Assembly: GCA_002269645.1 (NCBI GenBank)
Contig: NIVC01002626.1
Location: 62,001 to 126,000, forward strand
Direction: 5' to 3'
Length of the DNA stretch: 64,000 bases
From: Macrostomum lignano
Taxonomy: Eukaryota
The notes under the pieces are model-generated. The model had not been told where the DNA came from and ran no database searches. It saw only the letters and a list, made by a program, of their open reading frames with translations. How positions within the stretch are numbered: position 1 is the stretch's first letter; every line of letters starts with the position of its first letter. The translations under genes were made by a program, and so were the position numbers. Positions 1 through 11,579 of the stretch are shown here, in pieces.

Positions 1-184
1 CGAAGAAAATTAGCACTTTAAAAATCCAGCGTGGCATCCGGTTGAACTCTTTTGATTCATAAATTGTTTTTCAACGATTTCTTTGAGCAAGCCTGTTGAC
101 TACTACTGACTAGTAGAGACTGGATCAAATTTTTTTATTTTAATGCTCTGCAAAATCTTCTTATTTCTACGGCTTTGTTCAAAC

Positions 185-1620
185 TTCCTTGGATGACGAA
201 TTTCCCCAGTTGAATTCCCTCCTTGGATGATGAATTTCCCCAGTTGAATTCCCCTTTTTGGATGACGAATTTCCCAAGTTGAATTCCCTTCCTTGGATGA
301 CGAATTTCCCCAGTTGAATTCCCTTCCTTGGATGACGAATTTCCCCAGTTGAATTCCCCTTTTTGTATGACGAATTTCCCCAGTTGAATTCCCTCCTTGG
401 ATGACGAATTTCCCCAGTTGAATTCCCTCCTTGGATGACGAATTTCCCCAGTTGAATTCCCCTTTTTGGATGACGAATTTCCGCAGTTAAATTTCCCTTT
501 TTGGATGACGAATTTCCCCAGTTCAATTCCCCTTTTTGGATGACGAATTTCCCCAGTTGAATTCCCTCCTTGGATGACGAATTTCCCCAGTTGAATTCCC
601 TCCTTGGATGACGAATTTCCCCAGTTGAATTCCCCTTTTTGGATGACGAATTTCCGCAGTTAAATTTCCCTTTTTGGATGACGAATTTCCGCAGTTGAAT
701 TCCCCTTTTTGGATGACGAATTTCCCCAGTTGAATTCCCCTACTTGGATGATGAATTTCCCAAGTTGAATTCCCTTCCTTGGATGACGAATTTCCCCAGT
801 TGAATTCCCCTTTTTGGATGACGAATTTCCCAAGTTGAATTCCCCTTTTTGTATGACGAATTTCCCCAGTTGAATTCCCCTCCTTGGATGACGAATTTCC
901 CCAGTTGAATTCCCCTTTTTGGATGACGAATTTCCGCAGTTGAATTTCCCTTTTTGGATGACGAATTTCCCCAGTTGAATTCCCTTCCTTGGATGACGAA
1001 TTTCCCCAGTTGAATTCCCTTCCTTGGATGACGAATTTCCCCAGTTGAATTCCCCTCCTTGGATGATGAATTTCCCAAGTTGAATTCCCTTCCTTGGATG
1101 ACGAATTTCCCCAGTTGAATTCCCCTTTTTGGATGACGAATTTCCCAAGTTGAATTCCCCTTTTTGTATGACGAATTTCCCCAGTTGAATTCCCCTCCTT
1201 GGATGACGAATTTCCCCAGTTGAATTCCCCTTTTTGGATGACGAATTTCCCAAGTTGAATTCCCCTTTTTGTATGACGAATTTCCCAAGTTGAATTCCCC
1301 TCCTTGGATGACGAATTTCCCCGTTGAATTCCCTTCCTTGGATGACGAATTTCCCAGTTGAATTCCCTTCCTTGGATGACGAATTTCCCCAGTTGAATTC
1401 CCCTCCTTGGATGACGAATTTCCCCAGTTGAATTCCCTTCCTTGGATGACGAATTTCCCCAGTTGAATTCCCCTTTTTGGATGACGAATTTCCCTAGTTC
1501 AATTCCCCTTTTTGGATGACGAATTTCCCTAGTTCAATTCCCCTTTTTGGATGACGAATTTCCCTAGTTCAATTCCCCTCCTTGGATGACGAATTTCCCC
1601 AGTTGAATTCCCCTCTTTGG
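185..1620. repeat. 34-35 bp minisatellite (TTGGATGACGAATTTCCCCAGTTGAATTCCCCTCC), ~41 copies, in the intron upstream of the FARP DH exon
   Basis: Unit starts at 189, 223, 258. Array ends ~240 bp before the acceptor at 1863. Minus-strand ORFs here are periodic artefacts. Confidence 0.97.
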
Positions 1621-1863
1621 AAAGCAAATTCCCTCAATTTTAAATCCTGTTTTTGATGCAGATTCTCCCAGTTTTAATTTCCCTTTCAGGCTGACGAATC
1701 CCCTAGTCGATTCCCTAAATTTGAACTGAAACCTTTTAACTAAGCAAGTCCTTGTTCAGTTGCTACCCTGATCCCATAGTTGCACTTTAACTTCTAATGA
1801 AGGCATGGATAATCAAATTTAGCTGTCAACAATTTTTTTCACTCTTTTGCCATCTCCCGCCAG

Positions 1864-3633
1864 CCCCGGCCAGCGCCAGGCAGAGGTGGCGGACTCAACG
1901 GAGCAAATCAACAACAGCTGGCCGCCTCGTCACCTCCGCCGATGCCTCCGCCTTCGCCGCCTCCGCCGCCGCCGCCGCTATCTCAAGGCGGCGAGGCCAT
2001 CGACGCTGGCGATCTCGGCGAAGACGACGACGCCGGAGACGCAGACCGTCGGGGCCGTTGCTACGGAGGCGGCGGCGCACATTCAGTGGCGTCGCACACT
2101 CTGGCGCTGAGCGGCGCCGGCAGCGGCTCCGCGCGGGGCGGCGGCGGCGGCTGCGGTCTCTCCACCGACGCCGACTCGGACGCCGATGCTCGGAGCACCG
2201 CGTCGAGCGCATTCAGCAGCGCCGGCGGTTACAGAGGCCGACGCAGTAAGCAGCACTTCCCAACTGAGCGGCCATACTATCTGTGCAAAGAGCTGCTCAT
2301 GACCGAGCGAGCCTACAGGCGCGATCTGGAGATCCTGTGCGACCATCTGCGCAAAGCTGTCGGTCACCTGCCGGACGCTGAGACCGTCCTCGGTCCGGCC
2401 TGGTCAGTGCTAGACCAGCTGCGTGAGGAACACGCCCACCTGCTGCGCGACCTGGAGCAACGTCTGCACGCTTGGGAGCGTTCGGCTGTTGCCATAGCAA
2501 CCGCCCTAGCCAATGGCCAGGCCCCGCCTCCGATGGAGCAGCACAGAGTGGCGGAGGTGCTGCTGCGGCACCTGCGCCTGCTGCCCTGGTACCGGAAGTA
2601 CATGGAAGGCGCTCCGGAAATGCTGCTAAGTCTGTTCCGAGCTCTGCGCGACAACCGACAACTTGAAGACGCCGTGAGAGCTTTCGAGTCGCAGAAGCTG
2701 TGCTACCTGCCCCTTGCCTGTCTGCTTCTGGCCCCGGCGCATCGGCTGCTGCACTACCGGCGTATCTGCAACCTGCTGCTCTGTCACTATGGCAACGGAG
2801 ACGAAGCCGAGTCGCCGGATGCTCAGGACAGCCGCTTACTGCAGGCGCAACTGTTGGACGCGCTCACCCAGCATCGCGACTCCTGCATCCGAGCTGAGCA
2901 GCTGAATCAACTGGCCGAGCTGCAGCGCGACGTCCTTGGCGCTGATTCGTTGCTTAACCCTCTGGCCGACCGGCCGGCCGCTTTTGTCCGACTTGGCTGG
3001 CTCAAGAAGCTGTCTCGGAGGGGCTTCGCCGCTCGCCTGTTCTTCTTGACCGGCGACACCCTGCTGTACGCCAGCCGGGGCTCCCTGCAGCTGCTCAAAC
3101 TGCACGGCCACCTGCCCATGTCGCCGCCGGACGCCGTTGCCGCTGTGCCGATCGACTCCGCCAGCGGCCCGGACAGCGAGCAGCACCGGGCAATGCTGGA
3201 CGCCGCCTCATTGGCCGCCTGCGACGCCGAGCCGCACTCCTTCGCCGTGTTCGGCGGCCGGCCGCGCCGGGCCTTCGTGCTGGCCGCTCGCAGCGAAGCC
3301 GACCGTCAGCTGTGGCTGCGCGACATCGCCTGGGTGGCGTCTTCGTCGGCCTCCCTGGCCGATCCGCCGTCGCCGACAGCTCAGCAAGCCGCCGCCGTCT
3401 CGTCCGCGAATCCTTCGTCGAGTACGGAACGGCATCATATTCAACAGCGGAGCTTCTTCACTGCGCACGTCTGCTGGCACCGGTGTGCCACGGTCGGCTT
3501 CCAGGACATTGTCCGCTGTCACGACTGCCGCATCAGCGGCCACCTGTTGAGGAAGTTTAAAAACTCAGGCGGCTGGCAACGACTGTGGGTGGTGTTCAGC
3601 CACTTCTCCTTGTTCTTCTACAAGTCCTACCAT
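1864..3633 (+). CDS. FARP: FARP (FERM, RhoGEF and pleckstrin domain protein) internal exon: DH domain, PH1 and start of PH2
   Basis: DH start ERPYYLCKELLMTERAYRRDLEIL; PH1 FVRLGWLKKLSRRGFAARLFFLTGDTLLYAS; FARP-typical AHVCWHR...SGHLLRKFKNSGGWQRLWVVF. Candidate acceptor ctcccgccag|1864 is open and in frame with ORF 1942; donor CAT|GTGAGT at 3633/3634. FERM exons presumably lie upstream of the window. Confidence 0.93.
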
Positions 3634-3676
3634 GTGAGTGGGTGGCTTGAGGGCTGAAGCTTGCGTGTCAGATCCT

Positions 3677-3888
3677 GAGTTGCTGGGCCAACCTCCCAGG
3701 AGTGTCAGTTGCTGGGCCAACCTCCCAGAGTGTCAGTTTTGCTGGGCCAGCCTCCCAGGTCCGCAGTTGCTGGGCCAGCCTCCCAGGTCCGCAGTTGCTG
3801 GGCCAGCCTCCCAGGTCCTCAGTTGCTGGGCCAGCCTCCCAGGTCCTCAGTTGCTGGGCCAGCCTCCCAGGTCCGCAGTCGCTGGGCA
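3677..3888. repeat. 28-bp minisatellite (CAGTTGCTGGGCCAGCCTCCCAGGTCCG), ~7 copies, in FARP intron 3634-3931
   Basis: Units at 3764, 3792, 3820 (period 28). Confidence 0.95.
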
Positions 3889-3931
3889 ATCGGATCACCC
3901 ACGCTAATAATAAACGTCACCCCCTTTCCAG

Positions 3932-4092
3932 GACGAGGCCCCAATGGCCACGCTGCCTCTGATTGGCTACCGCATTAGCCAACCAGACGAGTCGGACGCG
4001 CACCTCACCCAAGGCAAAAGCAACGTTTTCAAATTGCAGTGGAAACATCACGAGTATTTCTTCCGTACAGACTGCCAGTACACGTTTGAAAG
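3932..4092 (+). CDS. FARP: FARP penultimate exon (PH2): DEAPMATLPLIGYRISQPDESDAHLTQGKSNVFKLQWKHHEYFFRTDCQYTFE(R)
   Basis: ccctttccag|GAC acceptor, phase 0; AG|GTAGGT donor, phase 2. Matches the FARP C-terminal PH pattern (PLASLPLLGY...VFKL.FK.H.Y.FRA....FERW). Not in the ORF track. Confidence 0.93.
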
Positions 4093-4174
4093 GTAGGTAG
4101 AATGTGCGATGTATTACTTCAGTTTTTCATTGCCCTGTGTGGTTTGCTTCTGTTTGGGGTCTTTGTACACAGTA

Positions 4175-4520
4175 GTCTTTGTCTCTAGTTTGTGTCTTTG
4201 TTATTTTTCTATGTGTCTCTGGTTTGTGTCGTTGTTATTTGTCTTTTTGTGTCCCTGGTTTGTGTCTTTGTTGTTTTTCCTGTGTGTATCTGGTTTGTGT
4301 CTTTGTTAATTGCCTCGATGTGTCTTTGGTTTGTTTCTTTGTTAGTTGCCTCGATGTGTCTCTGGTTTGTGTCTTTGTTTTTGCCTCGATGTGTCTCTGG
4401 TTTGTGTCTTTGTTATTGCCTCGATGTGTCTCTGGTTTGTTTTTTTGTTAGTTGCCTCGATGTGTCTCTGGTTTGTGTCTTTGTTATTGCCTCGATGTGT
4501 CTCTGGTTTGTGTCTTTTTC
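4175..4520. repeat. 35-bp GT-rich minisatellite (GCCTCGATGTGTCTCTGGTTTGTGTCTTTGTTATT) in the last FARP intron
   Basis: Units at 4312, 4348, 4383, 4418; degenerate copies from ~4175. Confidence 0.9.
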
Positions 4521-4575
4521 ATTTTTCTGTCTCTCAATCTGCACCCGCATTTGCCGTACCAAAACAATTCCACAG

Positions 4576-4675
4576 GTGGTTTGACTCAATCAACAGTGCG
4601 ATAAGCCCGGCAAAGAGCCGGGAACCTCGGCACCAGCAGCAGCAGCAGCAGCAGACCTCAACGAAGCAGCATTAA
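4576..4675 (+). CDS. FARP: FARP terminal exon: (R)WFDSINSAISPAKSREPRHQ7TSTKQH*
   Basis: cacag|G acceptor completes phase-2 AG+G (Arg), giving FERW. TAA at 4673-4675; AATAAA at 4933-4938. Confidence 0.9.
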
Positions 4676-5936
4676 AACATTTATAAACAGTAATATTTCT
4701 ACACTGCTCATAACTGTTAACAACATCTTTTGTGTTCTATGAAAACTTCGAAGCTACTGTAGCAGTTTGTTTCTTTACAAAACTTTCTAGTCAAATTTGT
4801 TATTGTGTTCTACTCGCGGCGGATATCCGTGTCTCTAGTCTGGCAGTTTGTAATAATTATATTTTTTAGTTTCTATGAGAGCAACGTACTGCCCTGTCAT
4901 TTAATATCTTTTTAATTTTACAGTTTCCAAGAAATAAAAATCACAGGTTTTGTACTTTAAATGTACTTCTATTTAGGCATGTCAATTATTGCTATGACGT
5001 GTTGTATCCATCAGGTTTTGGTCTGTATGGGAGGAGAAAGTGAGGATAGGAAGGAGAAAGAAGAAGAAAATAAATCTTCTTTTTTCAGGAAAAAGACACC
5101 TCATATGAGAACGACCAGAGAAGAGTCTGTCTGAACGGTCAAAAGTTCATTCCATTCTGTCGTATCGGGGTGGATGTTCATGGACAAGATTACTTTAAAT
5201 TTTGTGTTAGTCATTTGTGTTATTATCGCGTTATTGTTAATTAACTGATTAATATACATGTACAAGTGTGTGTGAGCAAAATACATTTATTTGTCTTCTG
5301 TATTCTCCACGTGAGCGAATCTTAATTCTATATCTGCTGGATTTTGGGCATTAACTCAACCATTTATACTAGTGTCCTAATTTGTCTCTTCAATTCGAAC
5401 TAGCTCGTAATTGCTTTTCAAAACCAACTTTTCTACCCGATTATAAATACCTCAGTGTTCTAATGCGTTGATAAATTTGTTAGACTGAACTTTTAGCTGC
5501 TGAAGAAGACTTGCTTGGCAATTAATAGATTTTCATTCAATTGGCCTAGTCAAAAAGATGTACTTTACAGTCAACCCATCAGTTCAGCAAAAACATAGTG
5601 TCGAAGTCTCTTTAAAAATATATTGGTAGACACATTCTTTGCTGAATTTTTTACTATATAACATATTGTGCATGCTAAATATATGCTGCATCTAGAAGAC
5701 AACAATTGTTTTGCTGTCAAGTCTTCGTTTTCAAATGCTGGGCTAGGGCTTTGGCCTGCTCTCTTGTCATTGTTATAATGGAATTAGAAATCGCTAAATT
5801 GCTTCATTTGTTGCTTATTTACTTAGTGATAATTCTACTGAGATACACTAATGAAGAGGCATTACACTCCATTCTACCGTACTGTTGTCGCAATCAAGTG
5901 TAAGATGATGCACATTTCAAGTGATAATGGCTTAAC

Positions 5937-6368
5937 TTCTGAGGTGGCGTTGTGTTGTTGCGGAGTGCTCAGGTGTGTGTTGTTGCGGAGTGCTGAGGTG
6001 GTGTGTTGTTGTGGAGTGCTGTAGTGTGTTGTTGTGGAGTGCTGAGGTGGTGTGTTGTTGCGGAGTGCTGAGGTGTTGTGTTGTTGTGGAGTGCTGTAGT
6101 GTGTTGTTGTGGAGTGCTGAGGTGGTGTGTTGTTGCGGAGTGCTGAGGTGTTGTGTTGTTGCGGAGTGCTGAGGTGTTGTGTTGTTGTGGAGTGCTGTGG
6201 TGTGTTGTTGTTGTGGAGTGCTGTGGTGTGTTGTTGTTGTGGAGTGCTGAGGTGTTGTGTTGTTGCGGAGTGCTGAGGTGTTGTGTTGTTGCGGAGTGCT
6301 GAGGTGTTGTGTTGTTGTGGAGTGCTGTGGTGTTGTGTTGTTGCGGAGTGCTGAGGTGTTGTGTTGTG
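5937..6368. repeat. 23-26 bp GT-rich minisatellite (GTGTTGTTGYGGAGTGCTGWGGT)
   Basis: Direct tandem iteration with small indels. Confidence 0.92.
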
Positions 6369-7050
6369 TTAGCGTTGAGTATGATCTTATAGTATATTGA
6401 GATAAACCATTTCCGTCACGCAACCTTAGAAGACAAGGTTTCGGGGACTTTGTGGATAGGGAGAAGAGCTGCCGGTACCGGCTAAATGTTGGTGCCCTCT
6501 GCAGACAATTTTAAGTTAACGTAAGAATCTTTTAGGCGTTTTATTTCGAGTGTTGGTCTGGTAGTTGCTTTTGTTCGTAATTTAGTGGTGCTTTTGTAGT
6601 TGATAGTGTTTTTAGCAGTTGAGGGGATTTCAGCAAAGCAATAGTTGATACAGAAAACTTTGATACTGAAGCGGTCGCTACTATTAGTAGTTATTAGTGG
6701 AGGACAAACGAATGTCTACAATTCTTTTTTAAAAGTAATTTTACTCTGTAACTTTGATCATAGAACCAATATTGGATGCTGCAACCCAAACTTGAATGTC
6801 AGCATAGCATGTTAGAGGTAGCAATATCAGGTTCGACTTCCCATTGGCCAGGGAGACAATCGTCAATAGCAAAAAAGTCAAAAGGAACTGTACATTCCCA
6901 ACAATCCAAATATATTGCAGAACAATACTGACTAAAATGCAGCTGCACTCTCCCATCAAAAGGATTCCTAAAAAAGTGTCAAACTTGGGCTTCAATTTCG
7001 TTGACTGCTTATTTTAAGTTATTTCTGCAGCAGCCCAGGCTACTATCGAG

Positions 7051-7809
7051 ATGACATCAAAGAGGCTGAGCAACTCTCAGCAGTTCTGTGTTTTTTTCTT
7101 CCTGCTCAAAGTTGCGCAGGCAGCTGACGTGGCTTCGTACTCGAGCATCAACGGCAGCCTCTGCATCAACCGCCAGTTCGTTCGGAGCCTCCCCGACGTT
7201 GCCTCGATGGCCGGCTGCGCCTTCTGGTGCAGCAGCGACCGGCGCTGTCAGGCGTTCAGCCTGGCTGACGGTCCGTGCCAGCTGTTCGTGTTCGACAAGT
7301 GCAGCAAGTCGGTGAGGGACTGCGGCTGCTCCAGGAGAGGCCGGGTGTTTGTGAAGCAGCAGCCGGGACTCGAGGCGGGCGCGCTGTGTCCGTCTGGCTA
7401 CGGAGACGACCTGTGCGGAGTGAAGTACAAGCTGCTCAATGAGACTGGCAACTGGCAGCAGAGCAGACAGAAGTGCGAGTCGGAGAGCGGCCTGGTGATC
7501 ATGGCCGATGTGGTGGACGCTACCGAGATGAGCCACGTGAACGAGATTCACCGTCGTCGCAGTTCTGGTAAATCTTTTTTTCTTGGAGGCTACAAGAAAG
7601 TAGAAAGTTCGGACCCGAAAGAAGGCTGGCATTGGGTTGCCTGCGATATTGCTCTGAACGGCAGCCTGTGGAACGAGGGCGAGCCTAGTGGAAAAGGCCT
7701 CGAGAAGGCTATTGCGCGTTATCATAGTCTTGAAAAGTTAGTCGATATAGGTGAGGCTTTTGCAACTGTCTCCAAAGTTCTCTGCGAGTGCGTGTCGCCA
7801 TTCAACTGA
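7051..7809 (+). CDS. Intronless secreted protein, PAN/apple-like domain + C-type lectin-like domain (252 aa)
   Basis: Signal-like FCVFFFLLKVAQA; PAN-like CAFWCSSDRRCQAFSL..GPCQL; CTLD hallmarks CPSGY..C..KY, W..SRQKC, FFLGG, W.W, W..GEP, terminal LCE. AATAAA at 7883-7888. Confidence 0.82.
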   Translation: MTSKRLSNSQQFCVFFFLLKVAQAADVASYSSINGSLCINRQFVRSLPDVASMAGCAFWCSSDRRCQAFSLADGPCQLFVFDKCSKSVRDCGCSRRGRVFVKQQPGLEAGALCPSGYGDDLCGVKYKLLNETGNWQQSRQKCESESGLVIMADVVDATEMSHVNEIHRRRSSGKSFFLGGYKKVESSDPKEGWHWVACDIALNGSLWNEGEPSGKGLEKAIARYHSLEKLVDIGEAFATVSKVLCECVSPFN

Positions 7810-8060
7810 GCTGAATTGGTTTGAGCTCATCAGAATAAGCCAGAATCACGTTGGAATATTTAGACAGACTTTTCTTAAGTCAAATAAAATCTGAAAACTG
7901 TTAACTCGTTTGCTTCTCGCAAAACTTTTATCTTATCAGGACTGTTAACGATCCTCCAGTTTTAAATCCACGAGCAAATAGACTATAGATATGAGCAAAG
8001 CTTTGCAAGTTTGAAAAGCATCAACTGCAGAACGCCTTGTATTGTTTGCGTTTATTTCTT

Positions 8061-8549
8061 GAGTCTATATAGTGTTTGAGTAGAGTTGTGGTGATGACTG
8101 AGTAGACTTGAGTCTATATAGTGTTTGAGTAGAGTTGTGGTGATGACTGAGTAGACTTGAGTCTATATAGTGTTTGAGTAGAGTTGTGGTGATGACTGAG
8201 TAGACTTGACTCTATACAGTGTTTGAGTAGAGTTGTGGTGATGACTGAGTAGACTTGACTCTATACAGTGTTTGATTAGAGTTGTGGTGATGACTGAGTA
8301 GACTTGACTCTATACAGTGTTTGAGTAGAGTTGTGGTGATGACTGAGTAGACTTGAGTCTATATAGTGTTTGAGTAGAGTTGTGGTGATGACTGAGTAGA
8401 CTTGAGTCTATACAGTGTTTGAGTAGAGTTGTGGTGATGACTGAGTAGACTTGAGTCTATACAGTGTTTGATTAGAGTTGTGGTGATGACTGAGCAGACT
8501 TGAGTCTATATAGTGTTTGAGTAGAGTTGTGGTGATGACTGAGTAGAGT
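8061..8549. repeat. 49-bp minisatellite (GAGTCTATATAGTGTTTGAGTAGAGTTGTGGTGATGACTGAGTAGACTT), ~10 copies
   Basis: Units at 8061, 8110, etc., nearly identical. Confidence 0.96.
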
Positions 8550-9070
8550 TTAGTTGACTAGTTAAGCAGAGATGTGTCATTGGGAAGGCTATCAAGCCTT
8601 CAATGCCTCCCTAATGACACAGATCTTTAATTTGAGTTAACCCAATGGATTTTGGCATTGCAACGATTTTTTGGGGTGACCGCGCATAGCAGCTTCAGTT
8701 TATCGATTCTCCAGATATTGCTAATGGAACCCAAACGATGCCCCCCGTAGTCTGTCACCCACACTGTAAGCTATCTATAGTAGTTAATGATGTGCAATGC
8801 CCAAATTAAGGCCTTGCTTGTATCAGCTGTCACCAATGTCTGAGGTTGTCTCTGAGCCATAAATTTTTCAAAAAACGGACTGAAATATTGACATAGCGAA
8901 TGCATGTGTTTTTATCCCGTTTGTGTTTACCACCGAATGCGATTCATATTTAACTATGAAGTAATTCGCTGGCCTAATGCCTTTGACTTGTTTGTCTAGA
9001 TTGGGATGCAGTGCAGGGTGAAAATGTTTTGAGCTTCTCTGCAGGTGGTGACGATTTATTTGCAATTCAG

Positions 9071-9277
<207 letters not shown>

Positions 9278-11350
9278 GATTCAGGTATAGTAGGAAAGAA
9301 ACAGAAGTCGTGAAGACTCAAGACCTAAGCGTGAAGGCTAAAATTAAGGTAAGGAGAGGCAATTAGGCATTACTGTAGGCGTTAGGGGAATGCTTTGGAA
9401 TTAAAGTAGGTAAACCGTGAAGGCACGTCAGTATAGAATAGAGCCTACGTCGCTGCATGGAAATCCTTTATCCTCGGAAACGCCAAAATTATCGGAATCG
9501 ATTAGAAATACACAGTACAGTAGATTTGAAATTAGCTCAGCTTGGCGTTAACGGTAGGATTTTATAGGACAGAGCAGAGGCCTACAACAACTTGTGGTTA
9601 TTGTGTGGAATTTCTAAAAGAAGGAACTTTTTAAATCCCTACAACCACTTAACCTCATGGTGTCACCGCTGGGATAGAAGTGAATCCCTACAACAACTTA
9701 GTGACAGTAGTGGGGTAATTATAAGAAAGGGCAGTCAGAATTCCTACATTGCAACAATCCCAACATGTATTTTAAGCATGTAGTTTCGCTTTTGCTTGAA
9801 AAACGACAAAAATATTTTATAGCTGTCGACTTGAGGAGGCGTGACGTAGAAAGCTCCTTAAGCTTTCTATTTATTCTTCTCGCCAAGCGAGCGACTCTAC
9901 CAGCATTCTACTCGTATATTTAGAGTTTCAAAACAGGTTTTTGTCGCCAGACTTGTGCCATAGACTATTGATGATTTCGTCAACACGTACTTGGGCCATA
10001 GACAAAAACTTGCAGGGTCATAGACGCCAGACAGGTCGAATGAAACAGTCACATGGAGCAGACAGCAGCAGCTTACAGGAGTCTAAAGTCTACGTTGACC
10101 CTTTGCGTGCTAGGGTGAAACTTTTCAATGTTGCTGAGTGTAGGTTGTAGAAGTCAAAGATGTTGTCATTTTTTTCTTTTGGAGCTGCCAGCAAATTTCC
10201 CTCCAATTTCCCTCCAAAAGATTACAGTACAATAAAAAATAGTATAATTTTAGAGGGAAAAAATATTATAAAAATTACACTACGGAGATAGGAAAAACCT
10301 TTTTTTAACCAATTAGCCAGTGATTGTATCTGATCTGTATGTGACTGCAGGTTGACTTAGTTGTGAAATGTCATTGTAACTATATACAATTATACCCAGA
10401 CGCAATAACAAAATATTTTGGCCATTATTCCACACTTTTCAGGTTCTAGGCCATAAGGATTTGAAATCCTTATTTAAGCTGTTATTAAGTGTATTTTAAC
10501 AGATAAACCCGTGAACCATTTGACAGTAGAGGCTTCCTTGAAATAAATATAGCTTTTTAATTTGCGTTCAAGTTCAGAAAGGTTGCATTCAATTAAGAGT
10601 CCCGTCTGCCATTTACAGTATTTCCACTGGCTTCAATTTATCGTCTATGGCCTTTCTGAAGGACTTTGCGTTCAATTTCAGAAAACAATTGCGTTCAATT
10701 TAAGATCCCGCTGAGTTGAAATAACAATTTAACTGACAGATAGATCGCAGGAAGGATCGAACAGCGAGCAAAGATGAAACGTCTCTAACATAAACAAAGG
10801 CAAAGTCTATGGTTCTCAAAATGAACGCTACTTTTCTTAAATTGAACGCAAAAACGGTTTTGGCCCCACAGCGAGACCCCCATTTTTTACCATATGATAC
10901 ATGTATATCTGCCAGCCGCCATGCACTTTGCAGCCAATGTGGCCATATATGCTCACTTCAAATTCTTAAATTGAATGCAAATTTTCTGAACTTTAATAGC
11001 CATTTAATTAGCATTCTATGGTCAGAATGTCCGAGGCTGCATTTAATGATGGTCTCGAGGCGAGCAAAGCCCCGAAATTAAAGGTGCAGTTCTCAATCGC
11101 TGAGTTCCCTGGCCAACTGCTCATTGAAGCCATCACTTCCGGCAGGTCCGGCAAGTTATTCAGTTCCATGGTCATTCTTAATCCAATCAATGCAATCCCG
11201 CAATGCAACTCGTATTTTGGCCATTATTCAACTCAGTTGCATACTATACAATCTACCATTGTTTTTACCGTCAGTAGACTAATATGTAAATGTATCCTAT
11301 TTTGTATAACTTCTGTGTATATTCTAACATCGGCGTTTATATATCGGCAA

Positions 11351-11410
11351 GTGATAAACAAGGACGACTTAAGTACTTAAGTACTTACTTAAGTCGTCCT
11401 TGGTGATAAA
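11351..11410. mobile_element. 44-bp TIR-only remnant with 8-bp TSD; probable P-superfamily excision footprint
   Basis: GTGATAAA (11351-58) | CAAGGACGACTTAAGTA (11359-75) CTTAAGTACT (10-nt filler) TACTTAAGTCGTCCTTG (11386-402) | GTGATAAA (11403-10): perfect 17-bp inverted repeats flanked by a perfect 8-bp direct repeat. Confidence 0.8.
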
Positions 11411-11579
11411 TTTCTAGCCAATTGATAATTTTGCCCAGCGCCCAATGTAACTTTTAACCAATCATAATTTGCTGCTACCATGTATCCTTTGATCTATTAT
11501 TAATAACTTGTTTCTTCGTCGCTACTCTAAGAAACGGGGCTAACTCAGCAAGCTAAAATATTGCTTTCTTGGACTACTA

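Noticed and set aside
185-1620. CRISPR-like array of ~35-bp repeats
   Set aside because: Units are contiguous with no unique spacers, no cas genes are present, and the context is a eukaryotic intron. The same applies to the other 28-49 bp arrays.
11008-11380. ORFs 11018-11380 (+) and 11008-11208 (-) as reverse transcriptase fragments
   Set aside because: No convincing RT or endonuclease motifs.
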